Under the pieces are notes generated by a model. That model saw nothing but the letters and a program-made list of their open reading frames with translations. It was not told where the DNA came from and did no database searches. A DNA stretch of 63,567 bases, filler included, from Trichomonas gallinae (taxonomy: Eukaryota), in NCBI GenBank assembly GCA_008369845.1. It is 4 parts of 4 records of this genome, joined end to end, with 100 filler letters (N's around TTAATTAATTAA, not from the genome) between each part and the next. Parts side by side here need not be neighbours in the genome. Positions count along the whole stretch, not along the records: positions 27,390 to 52,567 come from MRSU01000254.1; 3 more parts are not named here. One strand, given 5' to 3'. This document shows, one piece after another, positions 31,498 through 42,300 of the stretch. The stretch's first letter is position 1; every line of letters begins with the position of its first letter. The translations under genes were made by a program, and so were the position numbers.

Positions 31498-32457
31498 TTA
31501 AATTCTTGAAATGAGTTTTTGGTGTTCAAGCAGCAGGTCTTCATCTTCGGAGAAGTCGACCTTCTTCAAGCACTTTAGCAGAAGGGTTCTGTTTGGTTCG
31601 AGTATCTTTTTGAATTCTTGTGGAGCACCTTGCTTGAACATAATTATCTTGAAGATACTGTATGCGTGGGTATATATTTTATGGGATTTATGCGACATAA
31701 GCCTTAAAATCTGCATCAAAAATAACCTGTCAGAAATTAACTTAAGGAGGATAGAGCTGCACGATGGGTTTAATAAGTACTGGACCAAGAATGAAAGTAA
31801 TGATGCTTTCATGGCATTACTCGATCTTGAAAGTACAGTTATGAACTGAGCTGAAAAAGTAGCGTATTCTTTAGCTGCACTATCAGAAGATATGCCGGGG
31901 AATGTATTGAACAGTACTTGGAAAGTTTTAATTGCTGAAGCAGCAATCTCGAAATTCTCATTTAAGGCAAGGCATAAACATTTTAAGTGGACTTGGTTGT
32001 TAAATGCGAATTTTACGAATTTTTCGGTCTTAATGCATGTTCTGAGAATGATATTTGCTGTCGAAGCTAATGATTTTACATTCAAAAATGTGATTAAAGT
32101 GTTAAAGCAGTCTACATGCTTTAACATGTAGTAGGCTAGTACTGGTGAAGTACTATTACGTGCAGAGCTTTGCAAAAATGTAGAAATCGTGTTAATTTCG
32201 GTCTGTGTCATAAATTGCATCAAAATTATTAACTTTTCGATCGTATTTCCTTTGTAGATATTCCTAATTAACTGATTCATGAACACTTCTTCTTTGTCTT
32301 TCGTCAAATTGAATAAATCGTTATATTGAATTAAAATTGTTATCAGTGAATTCTTGTTTTCTCTGTTTAATTCTTGAGACAAGAGCTTCACGGTGGCTCT
32401 GAGCTTGCAATGAAGCGATGAATATTTCACTTTAGTAATCCAATTAAACCTGTACAT
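31498..32457 (-). CDS. Mo25/CAB39-like scaffold protein (likely start MYRFNW at 32457)
   Basis: ILRTCIK, NFEIAASAIKTFQVLF, MKASLLSFLVQYLL, ILRLMSHKSHKIYTHAYSIFKII follow the order of Mo25 motifs; the upstream 66 codons overlap a non-coding repeat. Confidence 0.75.
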   Translation of the reverse strand: MYRFNWITKVKYSSLHCKLRATVKLLSQELNRENKNSLITILIQYNDLFNLTKDKEEVFMNQLIRNIYKGNTIEKLIILMQFMTQTEINTISTFLQSSARNSTSPVLAYYMLKHVDCFNTLITFLNVKSLASTANIILRTCIKTEKFVKFAFNNQVHLKCLCLALNENFEIAASAIKTFQVLFNTFPGISSDSAAKEYATFSAQFITVLSRSSNAMKASLLSFLVQYLLNPSCSSILLKLISDRLFLMQILRLMSHKSHKIYTHAYSIFKIIMFKQGAPQEFKKILEPNRTLLLKCLKKVDFSEDEDLLLEHQKLISRI

Positions 32458-32542
32458 CTTCAGCAATATATTTTTGAATAGAAAACTTTTTGAAAATCTT
32501 TTTAAAACTAAATCATTCTTATCAATAGTGAACAAGCTATAG

Positions 32543-33030
32543 AATAAACGAACAAAAGTTTTGCTTAAATGGAAGTTTTCGACTTTTTGAATGGACACAA
32601 AAGAAATCATTTTTAATGTATACATGATAATGTATATTTTGAACAAAATATTCAAAAAGCAATAAATAATTTGTGAAACAAGAAAAATCTTGACTAGCGG
32701 ATTTAGATATAAATGTATTTTCGTTCCAAAACGATTTCAAAAATTTATTGATTGACTTTTTAAATAATCACAAAACGAAATTAATCAATATAATCAGTAG
32801 TGAATAATATATCTAATAAACGAACAATACGTTTTTTATGTGGAAGTTTCTGACTTTTTGAATAACAAGAAAGAAATTAATTTATAATGTATACATATTA
32901 ATATATATTTTTATTCAGAAATTTGATTTAAGTGAGAGAAGAAAAGTTTTGGTTATTGGACATAGTTATTTATAAATTTAACTTCCGAAACGATGTACAA
33001 AATTTATCATTGTAATTTTTGAATTACCAC
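32543..33030. repeat. Diverged ~270-bp tandem duplication (about 32543-32771 and 32815-33030)
   Basis: Shared blocks AATAAACGAACAA, TGGAAGTTT..GACTTTTTGAAT, AAAGAAAT, TAATGTATACAT, TTCC.AAACGAT, AAAATTTAT. Confidence 0.8.
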
Positions 33031-33582
33031 TCTATCGTTTTTTTTTTTTTTTGCAAAATTTTGATCATTCAAAAACTATTTAAAATTTTTGCTTTAAATC
33101 ATATGAAATAGTTTCTAGAATATTATTTCGATCAACAAAGTATTGAGCAAAAATTTTTGTCATTTTCATATGCGATATTATTTATGATTTAGATGAATTA
33201 TTAGCTTATCATTCCAAATACAATGATTCTGCATTTCCAAAATATAAATTAATTTCCGCCGAAAATTTTTTAGCGATAACTGACCATAATATCATAACTA
33301 TAGACTAATAACAACTTAAATATGCTAGTTTTAGTCTTTTTAAGATTTGCTGTTATATCAGAACTTTTCCTCAATCAAATGATATGAATATCAACAAGTC
33401 TGAACTGCAATTAATATTGCCTATATGATCTTTAACTTAATTATTATATCGAAATTGAAAGTTTTCGCTTCAAATATTTCATTCAAAATTTATATCTAAA
33501 ATTAGTCAATGGCGACATCATGGTTCGTTAATGGAAAGAATATAACGAATAGAATATTATATTTAATTACAAACAAACAAAT

Positions 33583-34545
33583 TTAAACTAATATAGAATG
33601 ACATTTTCTCTTTCTGACTGTTGGAGAAAAGTTCTTCACTGTGTTTATGTTGATGATCTTGTGGGTCCTGCTTCTGTTGAGTTCTAAAATGTTAGCAAGC
33701 TTTGGAAGGGAAAATCTCTTGTTTGATGAGATCATTTCCAATGTTTGCGAGCTGAGAAGTCTGCCAATATCTCTTGATAAATCTGCAGCTGTGGGTCTAT
33801 CTTCCGGTTTGATTGACATGCATTTCATAATAAGTTTGCCGAGTATATCATGGCATTTATTAGAAATATTGATGCTGCCTTTTCTGATATCCTGAATGTA
33901 CTTGGTATCACTCTGATAATCAAGTGCAGACTGCCTTGTCATCAAAATATGAGCTGTTGCACCAAACGACCAAATATCAGCCTTTTTGCCATCGTAGACC
34001 TCGCTTGTAACAATTTCTGGAGCCATGTAGTATTGGGTTCCGCAGTAGGTTCTTAAGTTATAAGATTTTTCATGGGAAAGTCCAAGATCAATTATTTTTG
34101 GGTTATAATCTTTATCGAAAACAATGTTCTCTGGCTTTATGTCTCGGTGGACAATATCACGCTCATGGAGATACTTGATGCCATCAATAATTTGATAAAT
34201 GATCTTGTACTTGTCGTTCTTTGTGAACGTAACTTCGTTGTTGACAACCTGGATCAAGTTTCCGTTCATGAGGAACTCCATAACTACCATAATGAACTTT
34301 TGATCATAGAGAACATCGTAAACTTTAGGAAAGCTTGGATGATTGATCGTTGGAAGTAGTCTCATCTCGCGTTCCACGTACTCCATGATACCATTTCGAG
34401 CAATCATTTCCCTGTCAATAAGCTTAATCGCGACCATGTCGTTTGTCTTCTCGTTAATGGCTTGGCATATGACTGCGCTTGAGCCCTGCCCGATGACATC
34501 GATAAACCTATACTTGCCTATTCGTTCTGGAATACCAGCTAGCAT
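33583..34545 (-). CDS. CAMK-group Ser/Thr protein kinase (ATG at 34545)
   Basis: GQGSSA, VAIK, HRDIKPEN, DLG, CGTQYYMAPE, ADIWSFG. Confidence 0.93.
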   Translation of the reverse strand: MLAGIPERIGKYRFIDVIGQGSSAVICQAINEKTNDMVAIKLIDREMIARNGIMEYVEREMRLLPTINHPSFPKVYDVLYDQKFIMVVMEFLMNGNLIQVVNNEVTFTKNDKYKIIYQIIDGIKYLHERDIVHRDIKPENIVFDKDYNPKIIDLGLSHEKSYNLRTYCGTQYYMAPEIVTSEVYDGKKADIWSFGATAHILMTRQSALDYQSDTKYIQDIRKGSINISNKCHDILGKLIMKCMSIKPEDRPTAADLSRDIGRLLSSQTLEMISSNKRFSLPKLANILELNRSRTHKIININTVKNFSPTVRKRKCHSILV

Positions 34546-35759
34546 TTTGATTTTCAAAATTTTTTTTTCTTAAGTCTTTGAAAATTGTTGCATTCAAATA
34601 TTGAGAGAGCTCACAAAATTCAAATCCTCGATTTCATCATTTTAGTTGAAAACTGCTCTTAATCAAATGATATAAATTATTTTAATAAATTAATTGCCAA
34701 CTTATAAAATCTTTTTCAGATAATTGCTAAGTAATCAAAACATGCAAGTTATATAATTTTTAGAAGTCATTCTCTGAGCATTTTTTCACTGCGTTCTCAA
34801 AGCATTCAAAAATCAAATTGAAGCAAAGCATTTTCGGCTAAGTTATTTTAATTTTCTGTGATCGCTGATATGTACCGACTACAAAAAGCTAGATTTTTGT
34901 TTTGATATCATACTTTTTTCAATACATTATTATTGAGCATTAATTCTTCACCTCTATAATATCACCCATAGATTAATATTACAAAATTTCTTCGATATGA
35001 GTTTCGTCCTTGAATTTTCTTTCAAATTTCTTTGTAATGACGGCAATTATTGTTCAATAATACCCGAATGATGATGAACGGGAATGGATCAAGAAAAATT
35101 ATTAATGACCCCGACAATTCAATTTTCAGCAATCGTTTGTTTGTTTTTAATAAAATAACTGGCCATGGACAACTTTTATAAGGATCAAATATATATTCAT
35201 TGCTGAGTGTTATTTTAGAACGAAAATATTTGAATACTACGTTGGATTTCAAAGTTGATCGTATGCATTTTAGTCCCAGCACCTTAATATAGCATTTATT
35301 TTAATAAAAACATTTTTCAGTGACATTTTACAAAATTAAAAATAATTTTAACCATATACTAATAAGCTACAATAATGATGAAAATCTAATAATTTCGGCT
35401 TTTTATTAATCCTTGACGTTCATCAAATTTAAAGGGATTGAATTTTATCGCCTTAAAACTGATGGATGCACATGATAGCCTATAAAGAATTGTAATGCTA
35501 ACAAAATAACGAATAATAGCAATATTTTGGAACTTCAATTTAAATACAAGTGAACAATTATAACTTTTCCAGGATGTGATGCCTGTATGCCAAAAATGCA
35601 GATTCGCTCGTAAAAAATAATTAAACTGCGGATAAATGCAGATGAGAACGATTTAAAGTTCGACCAATATTCCAATGAAAAACACCCGCAATATTTGTAT
35701 ACAATCTACTGTTTCATTTGCGTCAGGTTATTTAACAATTTTAATCAGAAGTCTCTTTC

Positions 35760-36736
35760 TATTTCATGAAAATAGTAAAAATAATGGTATATCCACAATG
35801 GTAACATTATTTTAATGCATTTTTATTAAGATAAAATGCATACTGCCGATTTTTTCTAATCCAGAATGATAATCGTTCATTCATATCTGTTCAATTTTAT
35901 GCATACACGCTTGTCTATAGGGTATGTATAGGCGTGTATATGTGATAATTAAATACAACTCATATGATATATATATTAGTTGATAATCATCCCCATACTA
36001 TCTTATTTTAGAGTTGTTCAATCCTAATCATATAATTAAACTTATACAACATGCGATTGAATACGAGATAAGATATAGTTACACCTGCACAAAATGATTT
36101 TTCCGCGATGTCGTAGAAACATAAACCAATTATAAAATGTCGTATTTAAAACAAACAAAGCAATCGAATTGCAGAGAGAAAAATATGCTTATCGCTAATA
36201 AGAAAACTGTCTCTGGTTTATCTATTGTAACAGTTGGTCATATACACCCATTACACAAAGATTATGACAATAGATATATTATCAATGGAAATTTCAGTCC
36301 AGTTTTCATCTCCATCATCTAAAGGAAAACCAAAACAAACACCAAAATCAACACATGCAATAAAACAAGTACGAAGTCTATGGTTTAGATTATAGCGTAA
36401 ATCATCTCCTTCTTCGTTATTTTCTAAATTAAAAGAGTTAGAATCCGCAGAAGAAATAAGGTGTTGCATGTTTTTAGATATGATGTTACATATTTTTTTG
36501 CTTAGCACACTACGGAATCATTTGCTGTTACAACTAATTATGCAAGAACACTGTTTATTGTTTATGGTCATGCTGCATATTTCCATGCAATATATCGTTG
36601 TAATAACATTTTTAATCTTTATAGATTTGATTCTGATTCTGCCTATATAATGGCTGAAGATCATGCAAATCTTTTAGATTCAGACCAAGGATTAAATGCG
36701 TTTAATTCTATACTTATTTGCAGTTTCTGTTCATGA
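35760..36736 (+). pseudogene. Possible heavily decayed gene
   Basis: Protein-like frames broken by stops (e.g. …FAVTTNYARTLFIVYGHAAYFHAIYRCNNIF…); boundaries uncertain. Confidence 0.3.
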
Positions 36737-36745
36737 AATTAGCAA

Positions 36746-36797
36746 ACTTCTGTAGCCTAGTAAGCGGAAGCTCGTGGGTCCGAACCCACCAGAAGCA
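36746..36797 (+). pseudogene. tRNA-Thr pseudogene lacking the D-arm (52 nt)
   Basis: ACTTCTGTAGCCTAGT-AAGCGGAAGCTCGTGGGTCCGAA-CCCACCAGAAGCA equals the tRNA at 37041-37113 minus 20 nt between two GCCTAGT repeats and minus one T-loop base. Confidence 0.9.
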
Positions 36798-37040
36798 TAA
36801 CTTTTTTCCTTTATCAACTAATTCTTTTTGGACTTTTGATCCACAATAATCCATGCCTTCTTTCAGTGGTATATCGATGAAGTTACCCAATGAAATGAAT
36901 TCTGAAATTTTTCAAATTTTTCATTTTTGAAGTAAATTAAAAATTTGCTATCATATTTACATCAGTGTGACACAATTAATGGTTTTCCAATAAGAAAATA
37001 GAACTGGCAACTTTATTTTGAAAAAAGAAAAAAATATAAA

Positions 37041-37113
37041 TGCTTCTGGTGGGATTCGGACCCACGACCTTCCGCTTACTAGGCGAACGCTATAACCACT
37101 AGGCTACAGAAGC
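37041..37113 (-). tRNA. tRNA-Thr (AGT)
   Basis: Cloverleaf: acceptor GCTTCTG/CAGAAGC, anticodon arm TTCGC-CTAGTAA-GCGGA, T arm GTGGG-TCCGAAT-CCCAC, discriminator A; oligo-T downstream. Confidence 0.88.
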
Positions 37114-37213
37114 TATCCAACAAATCGTTCGAAATGTATTTCTGATGTACAAAAAGCAGTTTTCTTGATCTAAATTTAAGATAAAAATTTGTCATCGGTT
37201 TTTGTAAACCAAA

Positions 37214-37804
37214 ATGAATGACGAAGAGCTTTCACCGAGAATCATTGCCGTTGGTGATTCTGGTGTCGGAAAAACAAGCTTAATACACAGAATAAAGAAT
37301 GGTACTTTCCTTGATCAAACTGTTCCGACGATTGGTGCTGGTGTCAAGCCGATAGATGTTGAAATTGAAGATCAAGTTATTACATTCCAGTTTTGGGATA
37401 CTGCTGGCCAAGAAATGTATAGAAATATCATTCCTATATACTTCAGAGGTGCTGTTGCTGCTGTCGTAGTTTTCTCAATGACAGATCAAATGACTTTCAA
37501 CAATTTGGAGATGTGGCTGCAACAGATACGTGAGAATGCTTCAGAAAATATCATCATTGTAATAGCAGGCAATAAATGTGATAATCATCCATTGTCAGTT
37601 ACCGAAGATGAAGCGAGAAAGTGGGCTAAATTACACGGATTCCCAATATTCTTTACTTCTGCTAAGACAGGACAAAATACAGATAACATGATGCAACATA
37701 TTGCCACTTGCTGGCTTAATAGGAAAGATGCCACCGAGCAAATGCGCAATGTCAACCTCAACGCGACAACAAAAACGAAAGAAGAAAAGAAAGGTTGCTG
37801 TTAA
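37214..37804 (+). CDS. Rab-family small GTPase
   Basis: GDSGVGKT, PTIG, WDTAGQE, NKCD, TSAK, C-terminal GCC. Confidence 0.96.
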   Translation: MNDEELSPRIIAVGDSGVGKTSLIHRIKNGTFLDQTVPTIGAGVKPIDVEIEDQVITFQFWDTAGQEMYRNIIPIYFRGAVAAVVVFSMTDQMTFNNLEMWLQQIRENASENIIIVIAGNKCDNHPLSVTEDEARKWAKLHGFPIFFTSAKTGQNTDNMMQHIATCWLNRKDATEQMRNVNLNATTKTKEEKKGCC

Positions 37805-38290
37805 TTTAATGTTTTTTAGTATAATAATGCGTTTTATATATTGACATCATTGATGTTATACAAAAACAGGCACATTTATTACTTTTAACGTCCAAAATTT
37901 TTGTTTATATAAAAATCAAAATTTTATTATTGCTCGTTTTCCAATTTAATCTGTCCAATACCCAAATATTCTGATATATACATAGAAAAGGATCCCTCTG
38001 ATTATTAAATCAAGAGGTGTAAAATCAAAAGAAAATATTGATGTGAATTCAACTGTAAAAGGCGTTGACTTCAAAAGTTATTCGATTTTCTATGCTAGTG
38101 TTGCAAAATATTTACTCCTCTATCATTCATTTAAAAAATTCAATTAAATTCTTTTCTTTTTACATATATTGATCATGCTCAGTAAGCACAAATATTATTT
38201 CGTATGATTGGATTCTTGTTGTAAAGTTTTTATGTTGATAGACTAATATAAGAAGTTTATATAAACTACAACAAAACAATAATATCTATT

Positions 38291-39946
38291 TCATAGAGGA
38301 ATTACTTCATCTGAACCAATACTGGACATTGATTGATCATCTTCTTCTGATTTAGATTCAGACGATGAATTTCCAGCCAGCACAGATAGTTTCATGGGGA
38401 TTGACTGAGAAAGTCTCATTGTCCTAGGACTGCTTTTTAGGAACAAATCAATTGGCTCCTCTTTTCTCAATTTCTTCAGCATACTTGGTGCAGAATCACC
38501 GAGCATGTGGTGTGCAATGTCTTCAATCATTACAGGAAATGCTGCAGCAATGCTCTGCATCATTAAGCTTCGAATAAATCCAGAATGAAGCATCAAGTTC
38601 GTTAAATCGTCTTTGTATAGAACCCATGCATCAACATAAGTCAGTGCTCTTATGCTAGTAGCACACTGACTACCAAGAAGCATCTGCGACTCACAGTGGA
38701 CAGTCCTCGAGTTGCAGCTTTCAGTTGCGATCACTTGATTGTCGACGATAATGGAAATCAAGCCTCGACCAGGGAACAGCAAAAAATGACACTGTTCTCC
38801 TTGTTTACATAGGTAACTGCCTGGACTGAATGTTATATGCTTTATAATGTTGGCAACTCTTGAGAGCTGTGAAGGAGAAAGATAGCTAAATGAAACAGTT
38901 GACTCAAAAAATCCTCGCGTTAATTCCAGTTTTATTGTTGTTCTTAAACTTTTCGGAATGTTTTTCAGCAAATTTCTTACTCCTCCTGTTGCTCCTGTCG
39001 ATTCCATATAATACTGGCAGAAGTTCCTAACCTCCCTTCTTCTTTCCTCGCTGACATGCTTGAATTTCATGTAGTCTTGAGTCACTTTATATTGAAGCAT
39101 GAAACTTTGTTCTGGAGTATTGAAGAAAACAGTAATCATGCGTGCAATTAGCAATGTATGCATTACCACACCTATTACCTCAATGAAAATCATTGTCACT
39201 ACTTCAGAACTTGTTCTTGGATAGATATCACCATATCCAACAGTTGAAACTGTAGTTAGAACAAAATATATGGCGACAATATATATCCTTACTGATGAAT
39301 AGTTTTGATTCTTGAAAGTTTGCGACCAACAATCGTTTGATTTTTCGTATTGTTGCATAATATGCAAAACAACAGCGAAAATATGGACAACAAATAGAAG
39401 AATTACGAACCATGGTATAAGAGTAGCAAAACTTCCTATATAAGGAAGCAAATTATTCGTGTTTTTAAATGATGTATATGCTCTTGTTAGTCTAAGCAAC
39501 TTATTTACTGATAGAACTAGATATGCTATCTTCATTTTAACAATAATTCCTATCCATGAAAGCGGAAATATCGATATTAAATGACAATAATATAATACTC
39601 TTCCATAAGCTAGTTTGATTCTATGTGGGTCATCGACTATTTCACCACCTGATATTCGTAATGTTTTCCGAATAATGAAATGATCAAAGGCAAATAAAAT
39701 ATCTAATGAAAAAAATGGAATATACTCTGAAATCAGTATTTCTGGGTATATAAAGAATACAAAGGAAATTTCTGCAATAGACAAAAGTGAAACAACAAAC
39801 ATTAAGTATTCCCAAGCTCTTCTAAATCGCGAATAATGCGAAAATCTGCAATTAGAGTCGAATATATTAGTGCTGTATCGCATGGTGGCGTACCTGTACT
39901 TGTATATCATTGAAGAAATCGCGTCTGTGTTTGTTAAAGTATGCAT
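38291..39946 (-). CDS. Cyclic-nucleotide-binding-domain K+ channel (EAG/HCN/AKT-like)
   Basis: Six TM segments, S4-like KLLRLTR, selectivity filter TTVSTVGYGD, C-linker and cNMP-binding domain (FSPGSYLCKQGE...ATSIRALTY). Confidence 0.92.
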   Translation of the reverse strand: MHTLTNTDAISSMIYKYRYATMRYSTNIFDSNCRFSHYSRFRRAWEYLMFVVSLLSIAEISFVFFIYPEILISEYIPFFSLDILFAFDHFIIRKTLRISGGEIVDDPHRIKLAYGRVLYYCHLISIFPLSWIGIIVKMKIAYLVLSVNKLLRLTRAYTSFKNTNNLLPYIGSFATLIPWFVILLFVVHIFAVVLHIMQQYEKSNDCWSQTFKNQNYSSVRIYIVAIYFVLTTVSTVGYGDIYPRTSSEVVTMIFIEVIGVVMHTLLIARMITVFFNTPEQSFMLQYKVTQDYMKFKHVSEERRREVRNFCQYYMESTGATGGVRNLLKNIPKSLRTTIKLELTRGFFESTVSFSYLSPSQLSRVANIIKHITFSPGSYLCKQGEQCHFLLFPGRGLISIIVDNQVIATESCNSRTVHCESQMLLGSQCATSIRALTYVDAWVLYKDDLTNLMLHSGFIRSLMMQSIAAAFPVMIEDIAHHMLGDSAPSMLKKLRKEEPIDLFLKSSPRTMRLSQSIPMKLSVLAGNSSSESKSEEDDQSMSSIGSDEVIPL

Positions 39947-40429
39947 AATAGTTATGATAAAGAATTAACGATAAAAAACTATTCAAAGCAATTTTTTGAC
40001 GGCAAATCACATCTACCCAATTTTTCTAAAAGGTGATGACACCCAAAATCTGACATATGTCAAAATTTCACTAGGTTATTGTTCTGCCTCTACTAGCGTA
40101 GGTGATTAGAACTGAAGGATTCCTTTTATTGTACTGTATTGGTAGTTTTTACTTATAGATGGAGTAAATTCATAAAATCGGAAGCTTTACATGACGGATT
40201 GTCATATTTAATAGAAATTTGTATGATTTACATGTCATGCCATATCAATTTTTGTCAAAATTTTATGAATCACAATAAAGAGATGAGGGAAAGAGAAAAG
40301 AATGAACTAAAGTCAATAAGTAAAGAGTAATACTATATATGTCTATATTACGCCATTTTATTAACTAATGGAAATGGGAATTTCAGGATTAATTTATTGG
40401 TGAAGCTCAGTTTTTCAATTTTGTTTCTT

Positions 40430-40633
40430 CAAAACTTTTCTGGAATATATGTTAACGCAAATGAAAATGCCAATGATATAGAATTGATGATTGCTTCAAT
40501 AAAAAGTCATTATGAAGTTGTCAAACTTTTTCTTACAGTTTCTGGAATAGATGTCAACAAAATTAATGAAGCAGCTTTAATTTATGCTTCAACAAAAGAT
40601 CATCATGAAATCGTAGAAATTCTTTTATTTTAG
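40430..40633 (+). pseudogene. Ankyrin-repeat gene fragment
   Basis: LMIASIKSHYEVVKLFLTVSGIDVN and ALIYASTKDHHEIVEILL are two degenerate ankyrin repeats; no clear start. Confidence 0.75.
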
Positions 40634-41707
40634 ATAGTTATGAATGGGTAAAGAAAGAGTCTATGACTGAAGAAGGGACCAACACTGAAAGGGTTAATTC
40701 CTGTATTACAAAGATTAGGATCAAATGTGAGATACTCAAAAGCATTCCTTGAAACAGGAATATGTGAGAAAAGTGAGCTTGGATATGAATCCAAGACTCG
40801 AACAATTCTAACACTGTTCGCAGTGCTAACTATATTATTTACAGAGAAATTTGCTATGCCGAGATAAACAACCATTTTCAGTGATGGACAGTTATATAGT
40901 GCTTCATTTGAAATGTTTATTACATTAAATGGAATTATTAATGTTTTGATTACAGCACCATAGAATGCCCAGTATCCAATGGAGTTTATTGTCGGAGGAA
41001 GGATTATTGTCTTTAAATATTTCGTACGGAATGCATGGTGATTTATTGATGAAAGTGGACATAAAGAAAGATTTATTAAAGAAAAGGATGAAGCATGAAA
41101 ACCATATTGTTCTACTTTCGATAAATTTGCCGTGCCAATAAAACTATCTATGCATTGTGTCCCAGCAAATGCGAATTCTCCAATTGTTTGTATTTTCTCG
41201 AAATTTGGAATTACTGTGATAAAATTTGGTACTTTTACTAATTTTGTCATATCTTTGGTAAATATACAATTTTGAAATGAAGAATAATTATGATTATCAT
41301 GATGGACCGTTATGTTTCGAAGATTTTGAGCTTGATTGAAGGCCCATCCTATGAATTCTGTTAAACTTAAAGGAATGAAAATATCTGAGCAATTAATACG
41401 AATAAAAGAGTTTTTAACTATAGTTGTTAATGTATCAGGAAATTTTATTGATATTAAATTATAGCAATATCCAAATGCAAGCTCTTTTATAATTCGAATT
41501 TGTGTGTTCGACAAATCAAGTTCTGAAATCAAGCCATTTAAGCAACATTGATATCCAATGCTTTTGATGATATTATTATCATAAATTTTTGGGCAGATAA
41601 ATTTCCCTGTTTGGGAAATATCAAGTTTTGTTATTTCTCCATTAGTTGGATTAAATGATAGAATCCAACTATCTATTTCTTGGTTATCAAATTTGCTACA
41701 TCATCAT
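40630..41707 (-). pseudogene. BspA-like (TpLRR) surface protein gene with a 1-nt frameshift right after the start codon (pseudogene or sequence error)
   Basis: TpLRR repeats (LISIKFPDTLTTI, IQTIGEFAF, IILPPTINSIGYWAF, ISNEALYNCPSL); frame open 41700-40630; ATGATGATG at 41707 is one base out of frame, with a double TCATT Inr upstream. Confidence 0.8.
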
Positions 41708-42300
41708 TTTTCCAATGAAAAAAATGATCAGACAAAATCGACCAAACTTCTCCTATCGTCATTGATTTTGTTGATGTTTTAAAATACAATGAAATTGATT
41801 GATATTTATCCATGTTGTATACTCTATTTACGCCATATTAGCAGAAGAGTTTAGTAATTAATGATAGTTACTGGAGATGATTGAAGAATGCTTTGACTTC
41901 TGCATGATGAAAAAACAGCAATTCTAATTCCCAAGATAACAGTGTCAAAGGTTTACTTTTATTCAAAGCGTCCCTTTCATTATGATGTATATTTTTCCTG
42001 ATATTCGATGAATAATAAAAAAATCGGATCCCCTTAAAATATGTGCCAAACCCTGTTAAATAATACCCCTTTTTAAAATTTTCTCCCCCTATTTGTGGAA
42101 GAATGATAATTTAATTAGATTTATCTGTTATACTATAGCTAAATGTTCTAAATATTTGAAAAATATAGATATATTCATGATATTTGATTTTCGAAATTTC
42201 TAAATTTCAACTTCTCGAGATGAAATCCATTTGATTGCATATAAATATATGTCGGTGTTATAATGGTAGAAGTGTAATCAACATAATATAATAAGTGGTG

